Source: a virus
Direction: 5' to 3' (one strand)
DNA length: 64,000 nt
IMG/VR virus record: IMGVR_UViG_3300025860_000003
Coordinates: 69,056-133,055 of that record
Below, one piece after another: positions 48,418-58,037 of the stretch. Every line of letters begins with the position of its first letter. Positions within the stretch are counted from its first letter, which is position 1. A model generated the notes under the pieces. That model saw nothing but the letters and a program-made list of their open reading frames with translations. It was not told the DNA's origin and searched no databases. Both the position numbers and the translations under genes were made by a program.

Positions 48418-48732
48418 ATGTCGGAAGAAAAGGTATTCCATCCAGCCGATACAAACGGCGATGGTAAGGTTACTGCTGAAGAAGAAGCAATGTACCTTGA
48501 GTTTAAACGCAAAGAGCTTGAAGATCAAGATGCTATGCGTGATGCTCAACGCAACATGACATGGTTCGCATTGGGCGGATTATTGTTATACCCATTCGCT
48601 GTTGTACTCGCCTCACTAGCAGGCTTAGACGAAGCACAGAAGACTCTGGGTAGTATGGCACCAACATACTTTGTTGCTGTTGCTGGTATCGTTGCGGCGT
48701 TCTTTACATCACAAGCAATGAAAAAGAAATAG
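48418..48732 (+). CDS. small membrane protein (EF-hand-like loop + 2 TM helices)
   Basis: DTNGDGKVTAEE loop and two hydrophobic segments. Confidence 0.7.
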   Translation: MSEEKVFHPADTNGDGKVTAEEEAMYLEFKRKELEDQDAMRDAQRNMTWFALGGLLLYPFAVVLASLAGLDEAQKTLGSMAPTYFVAVAGIVAAFFTSQAMKKK

Positions 48733-48741
48733 GAATAGAAA

Positions 48742-50907
48742 ATGGCACTCCCACCAATTGTAACTGAAGCGATGCAAACGTCTATTGATGCGAATAGACG
48801 TGCTGCTGAACAATCTCAAGCATTCTCTGATCAGGTTAGAAACTTCAGTTCTGGTATTGGTGAGTTGAGTGCCGCTAGTATGGCGCTTAATCAGTTTGCC
48901 AAAAGAGATAAGAAATTTAAAAATCCATTTAAGTCTATTAAAGAGTCATTTGATAAGACTAGTTTTGGACAAGCAAGGATACAGAAACGTGAAGAGGAAC
49001 AACTAGCCTCTAAGATCGGTATCACCCGCGAAGAACTTCTTCTATTAAAGTCACAGAAAGAACTCACAGACTCGCAAGAACAAGTTGCTGAATCATTCAG
49101 AGCCAATGCTGCAGAGTATGGGATCAATCTTGAAGGGATCAGCACAAGTTTCAATGATGTAGGGCAAATGCTCTTACAGAATGATGGGGAAGAAGCCGCA
49201 AGTCTTGAAGAAACTCTTGGTGCTAATAATATATCTCTATTAAATGAAATGCGTTTGGCTAGAGAAGCCATTGCCGCAGGTTCTAGTGAGGAAGAACTAG
49301 CTGAGATGTTAGCCGCATTTAGGGCTAACCAAGCTGAGTTGGCTGCGCAGAATGAGGAGGTCAATGCAAACGGCGATTTGTTGATCGGCACGCTACAAGA
49401 AAACTTTAACGACCTGATACAATCTAATGAAGAACAACAAGCAAGTTCTGAAGAAGCCACAACATTCCTACAGCGTATGGCTAGAGGATTGTCAGGCAAC
49501 AATCTAGCAGGTATTGAGAATGCGAGAGAGCAAGGCAGACGCGACGAAGTAACAGCAGGGATATTTGAAGATATCCGTGATAACTTGTCATCAATGGAAA
49601 AGGCTTTGATTGAGGGATTTGGTGATCTTCTTGATGTAGCCGCAGAAAAGGCTAGTAAAGGCATTGGTCTTGGTCTTGGTTTACTCTTAGCGCCTATTGC
49701 TTTGGCTGCGGGTATGCTCAGCGGTTTAACGCATTCACTAAAGCAATTAGCAAGAACAGCTAAACTATTCACTCGAATTGCCATTGTCAAGCCTCTCCAA
49801 GCGTTAGGAAGAACGTTCGTTAAAATTGGTAATGCTATAGCCCCTAAAAAGATGGAAGCAGCGGCTAAGGCAATTTCAAACTTCACCACAAACACTGCGG
49901 CATTCTTCAAGAGATTATCAACGCCATTAAAGAATGCGTCCAAAGCATTCAAAGCTGGGTTGAATGGATTAAAGGTATTCAGAACAGCAACAGGACAGTT
50001 CGGTAAACTTGGGTTCTTTGGTACGATTGGTAAAGGCATCAATAAGGTCAAGACGTTTTTGACACCTGTTGTAGAATTCTTCAAGAGCATTGGATCAAAG
50101 GTCAAAACTGCGTTTAGTGGTGTTGGTAGGATAGGCAAATTCTTGGGCGGCATTGGTGAAGCAATGAAGCCTGTACTAAAGATCGCCAGTTCGATTGGTC
50201 GAGTTATTGGCAAAGTGTTCTTTCCTATAACAGTCCTTATGTCAGCATTTGATGGTGTTATGGGATTCATAGAAGGATTCAAAGCCAATGGTATCATAGG
50301 CGGAATAAGCGGTGCGTTCTTTGGCATCATTGACGGTCTTGTTATGAAGGTTCTTGATCTAATTAAAGATTTGGTCAGTTGGGTTGCCGAGAAACTAGGA
50401 TTCGCTGGAATCTCTGAAGCACTAGATAACTTTTCTTTCTCTGAAATATGGCAAGGTATTGGCGATAAGGTTCAAGAATTTATTAGTTATATCAAAAACT
50501 TCTTCGGGAATCTTATCTCTTCAGGCATAAGTGGAATTAAGAAATTATTCGGCTTTGGTGGTGATGAGGAAGAAGCTCCGAGTAACAAAGAGAGTTCACG
50601 AGTAGCTGACATACGAAGACGTAAGATGAACCGTGGGAGAAATTCCCAAGAAGAGAAAGATGCCGACAGCCTAAATTTAGACGAATTATTAAAGTTCAAT
50701 GGGGCAGATGCATCTGACGGCGCTGAGGTTAATGCTAGATCGCAATCTGCTGCGGGAGCTGCGAACGTCATTACTGTAGTCGCACCACAAACGGCTAATG
50801 TTAATAACACTTCACAGAGTATGAATCAGACTGTTTCGATTCCAGCCACTGCTAATCCAAACAAAGCCCGTGGTCGAAGTGGTCGTAGAAATAGACAATA
50901 CAGCTAG
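48742..50907 (+). CDS. probable tail tape-measure protein (gp29-like)
   Basis: 721 aa, helical and amphipathic with Gly/Phe periodicity. Follows gp26/gp51. Confidence 0.65.
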   Translation: MALPPIVTEAMQTSIDANRRAAEQSQAFSDQVRNFSSGIGELSAASMALNQFAKRDKKFKNPFKSIKESFDKTSFGQARIQKREEEQLASKIGITREELLLLKSQKELTDSQEQVAESFRANAAEYGINLEGISTSFNDVGQMLLQNDGEEAASLEETLGANNISLLNEMRLAREAIAAGSSEEELAEMLAAFRANQAELAAQNEEVNANGDLLIGTLQENFNDLIQSNEEQQASSEEATTFLQRMARGLSGNNLAGIENAREQGRRDEVTAGIFEDIRDNLSSMEKALIEGFGDLLDVAAEKASKGIGLGLGLLLAPIALAAGMLSGLTHSLKQLARTAKLFTRIAIVKPLQALGRTFVKIGNAIAPKKMEAAAKAISNFTTNTAAFFKRLSTPLKNASKAFKAGLNGLKVFRTATGQFGKLGFFGTIGKGINKVKTFLTPVVEFFKSIGSKVKTAFSGVGRIGKFLGGIGEAMKPVLKIASSIGRVIGKVFFPITVLMSAFDGVMGFIEGFKANGIIGGISGAFFGIIDGLVMKVLDLIKDLVSWVAEKLGFAGISEALDNFSFSEIWQGIGDKVQEFISYIKNFFGNLISSGISGIKKLFGFGGDEEEAPSNKESSRVADIRRRKMNRGRNSQEEKDADSLNLDELLKFNGADASDGAEVNARSQSAAGAANVITVVAPQTANVNNTSQSMNQTVSIPATANPNKARGRSGRRNRQYS

Positions 50908-50910
50908 GTG

Positions 50911-50945
50911 AAAAAAAGGGAGACAAATTAATGTCTCCCTCCTTT
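50911..50945. terminator. intrinsic terminator between convergent genes
   Basis: AGGGAGACA/TGTCTCCCT stem with a 7-U tail on the minus strand. Confidence 0.85.
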
Positions 50946-50966
50946 CCTAAAACTCTAATCGAGTTT

Positions 50967-51893
50967 CTAGTCTTCTTCAGCCAACTTCTCAAAGAAAGAT
51001 AATGAATCATCTTCCTCAGCTTCAGCTACTGGAGCAGCTTTAGGAGCAGCCGCAGGAGCAGAATAAGATTCAGCTACTGGTTCAGCTTTAGCCGACGATT
51101 GATATGCTTGGTCATCCATAGCACTTGCTGTAGGAGCAGGTGATCCAGTAAGACCTAACACACGCTTCATCTTCGCTTCTAACTCAGCATAAGACTTGAA
51201 GTTCTTCTTATCAAGGAAGTCATTCAAAGAGTATAAACCCTCATACACTTTCTCAAGAGCATCATCATCACCGTCTTGTAATTCGCTAGGCGAATCAAAC
51301 TCAGACTTATCATAGTTGCGATATCCTTCAACCTGACGGATCTTCAGTTTAAAGTTAGCACCTTCCCAGAAGTCGAATGGGTTGATTGCTTGCTCATCTT
51401 CGAATGCTGGATTCATTGCTTCGTTCAGCTTATCAAAGATTTTCTTACCAAACTTATAGAGGAATACTTTTCCTTCGTTTGATGGGTTTGACGGATCCTT
51501 AACAACCATGATATTGGCTGTGTAAGACAGTCGACGCTTTTGTTTACGAGCTTGATCTTTACCAGCATCAGTGCCGTTGTTCCAAAGCTGCGAGTTGAAC
51601 TCACCGATTGGATCTTTTTCACCGATAGTAGTCAAAGAGTTCTCGATATACCAACCGCCAGTACCTTGGAAGCCGTGATCAAAGATACGAACCCATGGTA
51701 AATCTTCACCTTTTGGCTCAGGCAAGAAGCGAATAACAGCGTAACCATTACCAGCTTTATCGACATCTGGTTTCCAGAAACGATCGTCGCCTTTCTTTCC
51801 TTGGGAGTTACTATTAAGTTTGGTAGATTCGTTGATTAGTTTATCAAGCGAATTGGTGCGGGATTTCTTGAGTGTTGCAAATGAACTAGCCAT
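50967..51893 (-). CDS. gp32: single-stranded DNA-binding protein
   Basis: DDRFWK, GNGYAVIRFLP, WYIENSLTT, NPFDFWEGANFKLK and RNYDKSEF motifs. Acidic tail. Confidence 0.98.
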   Translation of the reverse strand: MASSFATLKKSRTNSLDKLINESTKLNSNSQGKKGDDRFWKPDVDKAGNGYAVIRFLPEPKGEDLPWVRIFDHGFQGTGGWYIENSLTTIGEKDPIGEFNSQLWNNGTDAGKDQARKQKRRLSYTANIMVVKDPSNPSNEGKVFLYKFGKKIFDKLNEAMNPAFEDEQAINPFDFWEGANFKLKIRQVEGYRNYDKSEFDSPSELQDGDDDALEKVYEGLYSLNDFLDKKNFKSYAELEAKMKRVLGLTGSPAPTASAMDDQAYQSSAKAEPVAESYSAPAAAPKAAPVAEAEEDDSLSFFEKLAEED

Positions 51894-51970
51894 ATATTTT
51901 ATTCCTGTATTTACGATGTATGTTTTTATTACGTTTTATCCAAAGCGAATCATCTTCATGATAAGCTAAC

Positions 51971-51999
51971 ATTATATAATATAAAAGGGATAATGTCAA
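51971..51999 (-). promoter_or_regulatory. consensus sigma70 (early) promoter for gp32
   Basis: TTGACA-N17-TATAAT. Confidence 0.85.
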
Positions 52000-52014
52000 C
52001 CCCAATTACTAGTT

Positions 52015-52022
52015 TATTTATA
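52015..52022 (-). promoter_or_regulatory. late promoter TATAAATA for gp32
   Basis: Exact consensus. Confidence 0.75.
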
Positions 52023-52031
52023 AGAAACAAA

Positions 52032-52643
52032 CTAATATATTTTCAGCACAATAGACTTCAACTTGCTTCTGTCTATTGGTGAAAATTCTCTTATAAACGG
52101 AGAGTATTTCCTGATGAGCGTAACTGTCTCATTCAAGACAATGTCATCATACTTCTTCCATCTATTTGTATAGCCGAGTAACTGGTCTAATAGAACCAAG
52201 GTTTCAAGGCTAATCTTATTCTGCGCATAGTGACGATAGAGTATCGGGTGATACCCATCTTTCATAACAAACAACTCATCAAAAGATTCTTCAACGTTGT
52301 AGAGATAATCCATCTCTTCGGAGAAGCTGTAAGATAATGATTCAATCTTTTTCTTCCAATTCTTCATAACAGTTTCGTTTGGTGCACTCATTAGATTACC
52401 GATCCATTGCTTTGAACCTGCACTATAATTAGCCACCAAGAACTTTATAAAATCGTCACGCTTGTATTTCCTTGACGCTTTCTCAAAGAAATACTTATCT
52501 TTACGAACTTGATATGATGATTCATTGGCTCTTACTTGGCCATTGTACTTGAAGAAGTCATATGAATCTCTTGTGAAGTGTTGTTGTACTGCAAGGTAGG
52601 TCTTGTAACAATCAAATCCTGACATAGTTTCTTCGCTGCTCAT
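52032..52643 (-). CDS. gp59: helicase loader
   Basis: YKTYLA...HF...YDFFKY.G, RKDKYFF and ISLETL motifs. Located next to gp32. Confidence 0.92.
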   Translation of the reverse strand: MSSEETMSGFDCYKTYLAVQQHFTRDSYDFFKYNGQVRANESSYQVRKDKYFFEKASRKYKRDDFIKFLVANYSAGSKQWIGNLMSAPNETVMKNWKKKIESLSYSFSEEMDYLYNVEESFDELFVMKDGYHPILYRHYAQNKISLETLVLLDQLLGYTNRWKKYDDIVLNETVTLIRKYSPFIREFSPIDRSKLKSIVLKIY

Positions 52644-52645
52644 AA

Positions 52646-52867
52646 TTAAATAGGTAGTCTTGCGCCCTTTTCCAAGAAGTTTAGATCTTGGGCTTCAACT
52701 TCTAGCTTACCCTTTATGGTTGTATTGAGTAACTTAGCTGCTATCTCAATTTCCATTTCGTTTTTCTCGCACCACCACACAACAGCATCTAGATAGGTCA
52801 ACCTTTTCTCGATTACTGTCTTTTCTATAATAGTGCTAAACTTGGCTGTCGTCATGACATCAACCAT
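52646..52867 (-). CDS. gp33: late transcription coactivator
   Basis: FS..IE..V......YLDAV...C and KL..EA..LNFL...ARLPI motifs. Confidence 0.92.
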   Translation of the reverse strand: MVDVMTTAKFSTIIEKTVIEKRLTYLDAVVWWCEKNEMEIEIAAKLLNTTIKGKLEVEAQDLNFLEKGARLPI

Positions 52868-52870
52868 GAA

Positions 52871-53371
52871 CTACTCCCATCTATAAAATTTATGATCTTC
52901 AATTTCGATCGTTTTAAGTTTTGTTGCTGCCCAATCTGGGAAAACATAATCTGCATGATAATGTGTTGCTCCCTCAGTTATGTCTATTATACTACGATTA
53001 GTGGTGAATGTCAACATCAATTTTTTAATCTTATTATATGTTTTCCAATCATGGATAGTGTCAGGCTTACCGTCACACCACCAAGAGAATTGACATTTAT
53101 GTTTGATTGGAATTGGCGTGCCGTCTCTCCAGCTATTGCGATAGAGGCTCTGTGTCACTACTTCTTTAATGGTGTTCGGGAAACGTCTGTCCGCAACCCT
53201 ATTTAACGTGACGCTGGCAACAGCAAGTTGTCCAGCTATTCCTTGATTTCTAGCTTCAAAGTACACATTCTTCGCAAGCCATGTAACATCAACATCCGTG
53301 TATTCTGCGGCTGTTGCGGTTGTCGGTAACATCATCAATATCATCATCAATCTTTTCATAATCAATACCAT
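52871..53371 (-). CDS. cell wall hydrolase (SleB / Hydrolase_2)
   Basis: LAKNVYFEARNQ, V.LNRV...FPNT, CQFSW.CDG and GATHYHADYV.P.W motifs. N-terminal signal-like sequence. Confidence 0.92.
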   Translation of the reverse strand: MVLIMKRLMMILMMLPTTATAAEYTDVDVTWLAKNVYFEARNQGIAGQLAVASVTLNRVADRRFPNTIKEVVTQSLYRNSWRDGTPIPIKHKCQFSWWCDGKPDTIHDWKTYNKIKKLMLTFTTNRSIIDITEGATHYHADYVFPDWAATKLKTIEIEDHKFYRWE

Positions 53372-53374
53372 TCA

Positions 53375-53614
53375 TTAATAATTATCATCATACCAATCGT
53401 TAGTGATCATTTCTATCCAAGCATGTGCTTTAACAAAGTCTTGGAAGAACTGAACCTCGGTCTCGTCAAAGATAGGATGCATAGCCATTACCATGACTTG
53501 TTTCCCCAGACAAGATATCTTTAATTGCCATCCATTAATTGTTATAACGTCAAACGATTTAAATTGCTCTGTCAATTCTCTTTTATTCTCGTCCCATTTA
53601 CTCAACAGTATCAT
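53375..53614 (-). CDS. hypothetical protein
   Basis: 79-aa ORF within the operon. Confidence 0.6.
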   Translation of the reverse strand: MILLSKWDENKRELTEQFKSFDVITINGWQLKISCLGKQVMVMAMHPIFDETEVQFFQDFVKAHAWIEMITNDWYDDNY

Positions 53615-54266
53615 TCCTTTCCTTGAATAGTGCTATAGTTTCAATACATTTGTGTATATGATCATCACGCTTTTCCACAAACACTTGTGGCTCTGGTTCG
53701 TTTTCTACAGCGATGATAATGACAATTTGGTCAATAGGGATGCCAGTCCTTTCTTCAAACATCACACAATATGCTGCTGCTTGCTGAAAGTAGTTTCCGA
53801 TAAATTCTTTCTTTTTAATCTTAGAGGCTGTCTTATAGTCAATGATTGACAACCGACCGTTATACTCAGCTACACAATCAACTCGTCCTGCAATACCTAG
53901 ATAATCAGAGTAGAGCGGACACTCCTGAGCATAGACTAGCCCAAGCGTTTTGTCGAGTGTACCTTTGACGGAGTTGAACATTGCGCGTTCGTGTGGCAGG
54001 AACTTAGTTGAATCAAGCTCATTGTTGACATAGTCCTCACACATCTGATGGACGTTAGTCCCTCTTCGAGCAGCTTGAGTAGAGATGCGGTTGGCTTCCT
54101 TTTCACCAACTCGCCTTCTCCACTCAGCTATACCTTTCTCTGACAGAACACTCAGAACTGTTGTTATACTTGGATATGAACCCTTTGGCGTTTTGTAGTG
54201 GCGCTTACCATTTATTGTTTCAGTATCAAGCTCGGTGAACTCTAGTTTCTTGTGTTCAAATGTCAT
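53598..54266 (-). CDS. PD-(D/E)XK exonuclease
   Basis: YPSITTVL, RGTNVH, AGRVDC, IIDYKT and YFQQ..AY motifs. Confidence 0.92.
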   Translation of the reverse strand: MTFEHKKLEFTELDTETINGKRHYKTPKGSYPSITTVLSVLSEKGIAEWRRRVGEKEANRISTQAARRGTNVHQMCEDYVNNELDSTKFLPHERAMFNSVKGTLDKTLGLVYAQECPLYSDYLGIAGRVDCVAEYNGRLSIIDYKTASKIKKKEFIGNYFQQAAAYCVMFEERTGIPIDQIVIIIAVENEPEPQVFVEKRDDHIHKCIETIALFKERNDTVE

Positions 54267-54292
54267 AGGAATCTCTCATCATTTAAGAACTA

Positions 54293-54321
54293 ATTATAGC
54301 TCACCTCAAAGCAAATGTCAA
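54293..54321 (-). promoter_or_regulatory. consensus sigma70 promoter
   Basis: TTGACA-N17-TATAAT upstream of the exonuclease. Confidence 0.82.
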
Positions 54322-54337
54322 GTAAAATATGATCTTT

Positions 54338-55117
54338 TTAACTATAAATCCCCATTTTATAGCAGGTCTCTAGATACTCCCTAACAAAGTCTGAACGGAC
54401 GATATCCTCTGGTCCAAAGTCTACGCTATCAAAGGAATCCATCCTAGACAGAACACCAATGAACTTTTCACAGCCTGATTCAGTACTGTATCGCTCGCTT
54501 GATAAATCGTCCTGCTTACCATCACCTGAGAATATGATTCTTGAGTTCTCACCCACTCGTGTGATGACAGTGTTTAGTTCTCCCCATGAAAGGTTCTGGA
54601 ATTCGTCGACAAGAACAATAGCGTCATCCCATGTTTGGCCACGGACGAATGAAGTTGTGGTGAATACCACTTTTTGCTTTTGTTTCAGGACTTGATATGC
54701 GTCACCTCTGCCAAATAGATCGGTGAAGATTGCTTCGTATGGTGCTTCATAGACCTTGGATTTTTCTTCGATCGATCCAGGAAGAAAGCCCATATCTCTA
54801 GATGGAACAACACTTCTCACGATGATCAGCTGTTGCTTTTGGTCTATCTTTTCCATGATGTCACGTATTGCTAAGTAACATGATAAATACGTCTTACCTG
54901 TGCCAGCGCACCCGTGTAGAACGTTGTTGTAACCGTTGTTGTATGATCTAAAAACATCTCGCTGTGTATCCGTCAAAGGCTGGATCTCGCGGAGCGTTAG
55001 CCCCACTGACTGTCTGTTTCTTGCTCCCCTTGCCTTTTTATCTTTTTTCTTCTGCCTCTTATCAATATAATCGTCGAACTCAGTTATATTTTTGTTCCGC
55101 GCAAAAGTGGATGACAT
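54338..55117 (-). CDS. phoH: PhoH family ATPase
   Basis: GCAGTGKT, MGFLPG...EK, FVRG, DEFQN, ITRVG and DIVRS motifs. Confidence 0.96.
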   Translation of the reverse strand: MSSTFARNKNITEFDDYIDKRQKKKDKKARGARNRQSVGLTLREIQPLTDTQRDVFRSYNNGYNNVLHGCAGTGKTYLSCYLAIRDIMEKIDQKQQLIIVRSVVPSRDMGFLPGSIEEKSKVYEAPYEAIFTDLFGRGDAYQVLKQKQKVVFTTTSFVRGQTWDDAIVLVDEFQNLSWGELNTVITRVGENSRIIFSGDGKQDDLSSERYSTESGCEKFIGVLSRMDSFDSVDFGPEDIVRSDFVREYLETCYKMGIYS

Positions 55118-55159
55118 AGCGTCTCCTTGTGGATTAATTTCGGTTAGTGGATTGATATA

Positions 55160-55474
55160 CTACGACGTATTATTTTCCTTAGCACGCTTCTGGTGCTTCT
55201 TGGTTATCTCATTTATTTTTGCTTGCTTGACTGTTCGCCCACCGACTTTATCGGCAAGTGCCGTATTCTGGTGAGCATCTGCAATGCGCGAAAGGTTATC
55301 GTTCCAACCTGCATCTTTATTTGTAGTGGATGTTCCCGACACCAGAGATGGCGCTCGAGTTATCACTTGCTTGATGTGTGGGTTTTGTTCCAAGAACTCT
55401 TCCCTGCTTGATATAGACATCAGTAGCGTTTCGATCTCGCCCGTCACTGTGTCCTTAAAGTCGTACAACGGCAT
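55160..55474 (-). CDS. conserved hypothetical protein (FmdB-like, upstream of phoH)
   Basis: MPLYDF.D..TGE...FL..NP motif. Confidence 0.75.
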   Translation of the reverse strand: MPLYDFKDTVTGEIETLLMSISSREEFLEQNPHIKQVITRAPSLVSGTSTTNKDAGWNDNLSRIADAHQNTALADKVGGRTVKQAKINEITKKHQKRAKENNTS

Positions 55475-55547
55475 AATAAATCCAATAATGTATCATAGTA
55501 TAATCTTATTTAGCAAAAGTAAATACTTCACCATTGCTCTCCAACAA

Positions 55548-55584
55548 CAAAAAAGGGGAGACAAAACGCCTCCCCTCCCTTTTT
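55548..55584 (-). terminator. intrinsic terminator
   Basis: Minus-strand GGGGAGGC/GTCTCCCC stem followed by a U run. Confidence 0.8.
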
Positions 55585-55595
55585 ACGATCTAAAC

Positions 55596-55943
55596 TTAGA
55601 ACTTGTATTTAACATTAGTTTCAAGTTTGTGTGACCAATCGTCAACATGGAAACTTTCTACTTTAGCTTTGAATGTGAAGTTGCCTACACTCTTGGCATA
55701 ACCAGCTTCTGCTGATGTACCAACATCAAAGTTAAAACCATTACCAAACTTACCTAACTCAACATAGCCATTGCCAACAGATGTACCGATGCGGATGTCG
55801 CTTCGAGTATCATCAAAAGAGCCGAGAGAATCGAACTTATCAAACGCTACATCGTTTTCGTAAACAACATAGCTGTCTGCAGATGCAGTAGCTGAAATAA
55901 ATAACGCAACTAATGCGATCATGCTTGTTTTTAAAGTATTCAT
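55596..55943 (-). CDS. small outer-membrane beta-barrel-like protein
   Basis: Signal peptide ending ASA, amphipathic strands and C-terminal YKF. Confidence 0.7.
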   Translation of the reverse strand: MNTLKTSMIALVALFISATASADSYVVYENDVAFDKFDSLGSFDDTRSDIRIGTSVGNGYVELGKFGNGFNFDVGTSAEAGYAKSVGNFTFKAKVESFHVDDWSHKLETNVKYKF

Positions 55944-56010
55944 TTTTCTTTCCTATCTTTAGTTTTATTGATCACACTACACAGGATCGTAGAGTATGAT
56001 ATTAGCTCCT

Positions 56011-56547
56011 CTAATGGAACCAATTTGGTTGACTACGCTTTGTCCATCTAGCGAAGTCTTTTTTCTCATTTAAGTAATACGAACGGTATGCTTCAATCGT
56101 GTCCGCATTCTTACAATAATCTGGCATACATTGGGGGAATGGTGTCAATCCAATGTCATCAATATTCTTTGGTGGCTCAGCAAGTAACTCTCTCAGCTTG
56201 CGATCCGTCTCGTGTACCTTACCATATCTGTAGGTGTATTCATCACAAAGGGCAGTAAACAATTCATAATGCCACTTGTAGTTCTGTAGGGACATCCTTG
56301 TCCACACCGTACACGGATGATTCATATGAACCGCTTTATACAATAACAGGCTCTTTAATGAATCCGCAAGAATATACTGCTTCTGCTTGCGCCCAGTTGG
56401 ACTACGTCCAATAACCTCAGTACCATCTAACATTCGATGCGTTGTTGACAACATCTGCGCGGCTTCAAGTATCATCTTCACCACATGCTTATCGCAATGT
56501 AGATGTGCCGCAGTAGTTGGTTCATTATCTAAAATAAATATATTCAT
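56011..56547 (-). CDS. pyrimidine dimer DNA glycosylase / endonuclease V-like family protein
   Basis: MNIF.LD, HCDKHVVKMILE.AQMLST, H.NHP..VW, EY..RYGKVH and AYR.YY motifs. Confidence 0.8.
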   Translation of the reverse strand: MNIFILDNEPTTAAHLHCDKHVVKMILEAAQMLSTTHRMLDGTEVIGRSPTGRKQKQYILADSLKSLLLYKAVHMNHPCTVWTRMSLQNYKWHYELFTALCDEYTYRYGKVHETDRKLRELLAEPPKNIDDIGLTPFPQCMPDYCKNADTIEAYRSYYLNEKKDFARWTKRSQPNWFH

Positions 56548-56602
56548 AATATATAGTACATTATACCTTTAAATAGACTATTAATCAACCGTAAATAATT
56601 GC

Positions 56603-56743
56603 CTACGATCTGTTGTGCCAAGGCTCACGGAATCTATCCTCTTTTGGAGGATTCTTTTTTGATTCCTTTTTCTTATCGACATGGGTAGAAGGTTTATGGA
56701 ACTTATCCATATTCTTCTTAACTGGATCGCTTTTTCCTTTCAT
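56603..56743 (-). CDS. small basic hypothetical protein (46 aa)
   Basis: Manual translation MKGKSDPVKKNMDKFHKPSTHVDKKK... Confidence 0.6.
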   Translation of the reverse strand: MKGKSDPVKKNMDKFHKPSTHVDKKKESKKNPPKEDRFREPWHNRS

Positions 56744-56897
56744 TTGCTGCACTCTCCGCTTTGGCTGTAGCACAATCATCTACAGCTGATGGTTTATCTT
56801 TTTTACCAAAGATTGCATCCCAATTATTGTCAAACTTTTTCTGGTCTGCTGTTGGGCGCTGTTTGCTGCCCTTACCGCCATGAGTCATTCCACTCAT
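56718..56897 (-). CDS. small hypothetical protein (59 aa)
   Basis: Manual translation MSGMTHGGKGSKQRP...FDNNWDAIFGKK. AGGAG RBS. Confidence 0.65.
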   Translation of the reverse strand: MSGMTHGGKGSKQRPTADQKKFDNNWDAIFGKKDKPSAVDDCATAKAESAANERKKRSS

Positions 56898-57159
56898 ATT
56901 ATTCTCCTTATTGTTATTGTATAAGCCATACGACTAAGTGTGGAACGGTTACTGTTAACACCGCAAGGGCACCAATAATTAAAGCAACGTTTCCTGTATC
57001 CCATGGATCCCATTTCATTCTCATTTTCCTCTTTTAGTGATAGCCTAAGTAGTACGAAGTGTGCATATAGTGCTTACCAAGATAAATATTTCTAGTCCAA
57101 AGTCTGTGGTTAGATGTACCACCTAGAGCACAATATCCTTTGTACGTTATCTGCACTCT

Positions 57160-57489
57160 CTATTTCTCCAATGTCTTCTGAACCATACTCAACATGTTTG
57201 TCATACCACGCGACATCTGTAGCTGCTTAATAACATTAGCACGAACAGGAGTCTTCAGGCATAACAGAACATCTTTAATCTTTTGAGCTTCACGAGCAGT
57301 GACAGTCATCGTAACACCATCATCGGTCTTCACCGTATTTACAGCACGGAACCGTTTGACATCTACCACTTCAGACGCCGACTTTGAATCTAGGATCTTG
57401 CCGAGCTGATCCCACATAGACATGTTCACAAACTCATTATCAAAATCATCATTAAACCGCAATTTACCATTCATCATATTATTCTTCAC
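57160..57489 (-). CDS. hypothetical protein
   Basis: 109-aa ORF in the early cluster. Confidence 0.7.
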   Translation of the reverse strand: MKNNMMNGKLRFNDDFDNEFVNMSMWDQLGKILDSKSASEVVDVKRFRAVNTVKTDDGVTMTVTAREAQKIKDVLLCLKTPVRANVIKQLQMSRGMTNMLSMVQKTLEK

Positions 57490-57491
57490 CT

Positions 57492-57680
57492 TTAAATTTT
57501 AATAAACTTTCTACGAGATTTTGAAAACTTTTTCATTGGTTTACTGAAGTGGATAAGGTCAGTAGAACCTTGCTTGATATACGCAACAAGCCACCCTTTG
57601 CCATCTAACACATAAGTGTGATTGGGTGTATTGTCTCCCCAGTCAGTGACTTCTTTCCACATCGTCAAACCGTTATACAT
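57492..57680 (-). CDS. hypothetical protein
   Basis: EVTDW...PNHTY....LVAYIK...FSKSRRKF pattern. Confidence 0.7.
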   Translation of the reverse strand: MYNGLTMWKEVTDWGDNTPNHTYVLDGKGWLVAYIKQGSTDLIHFSKPMKKFSKSRRKFIKI

Positions 57681-58037
57681 ACTGCGCTCCTATATTCATA
57701 AACTCAGCCGCAAGATTACCTGCTATGACAAACAAAGTCAGTATAAGGAACAACTCAATCAAATCATCTTTTTCCATTAATAATACTTCCAGATTAGATA
57801 TCCAAGCCAAACAAGCCCAATAAAAGAAAGAGCCGCCAAAGAGTGTAGACCATACCACACAACCATCTCTAATGTCTCAATCATATCAAATTTCCTGAAA
57901 TGTTAATGCTCTAAAGCATTGTATATAGAAGTCAACAATCTCGTTACGATGCTCCCAACATAGAGCTAAAGGCACGTAGACTGGTGAGATAACAAGATGG
58001 AATACCCCTATAAAAAAATATTTAATCTTTAACTTAT

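Noticed and set aside
48891-50330. 479-aa minus-strand ORF
   Set aside because: Antisense shadow of the tape-measure-like gene.
53598-54266. Cas4 / CRISPR-associated nuclease
   Set aside because: Lacks the Fe-S Cys cluster; it is the usual phoH-linked phage exonuclease.
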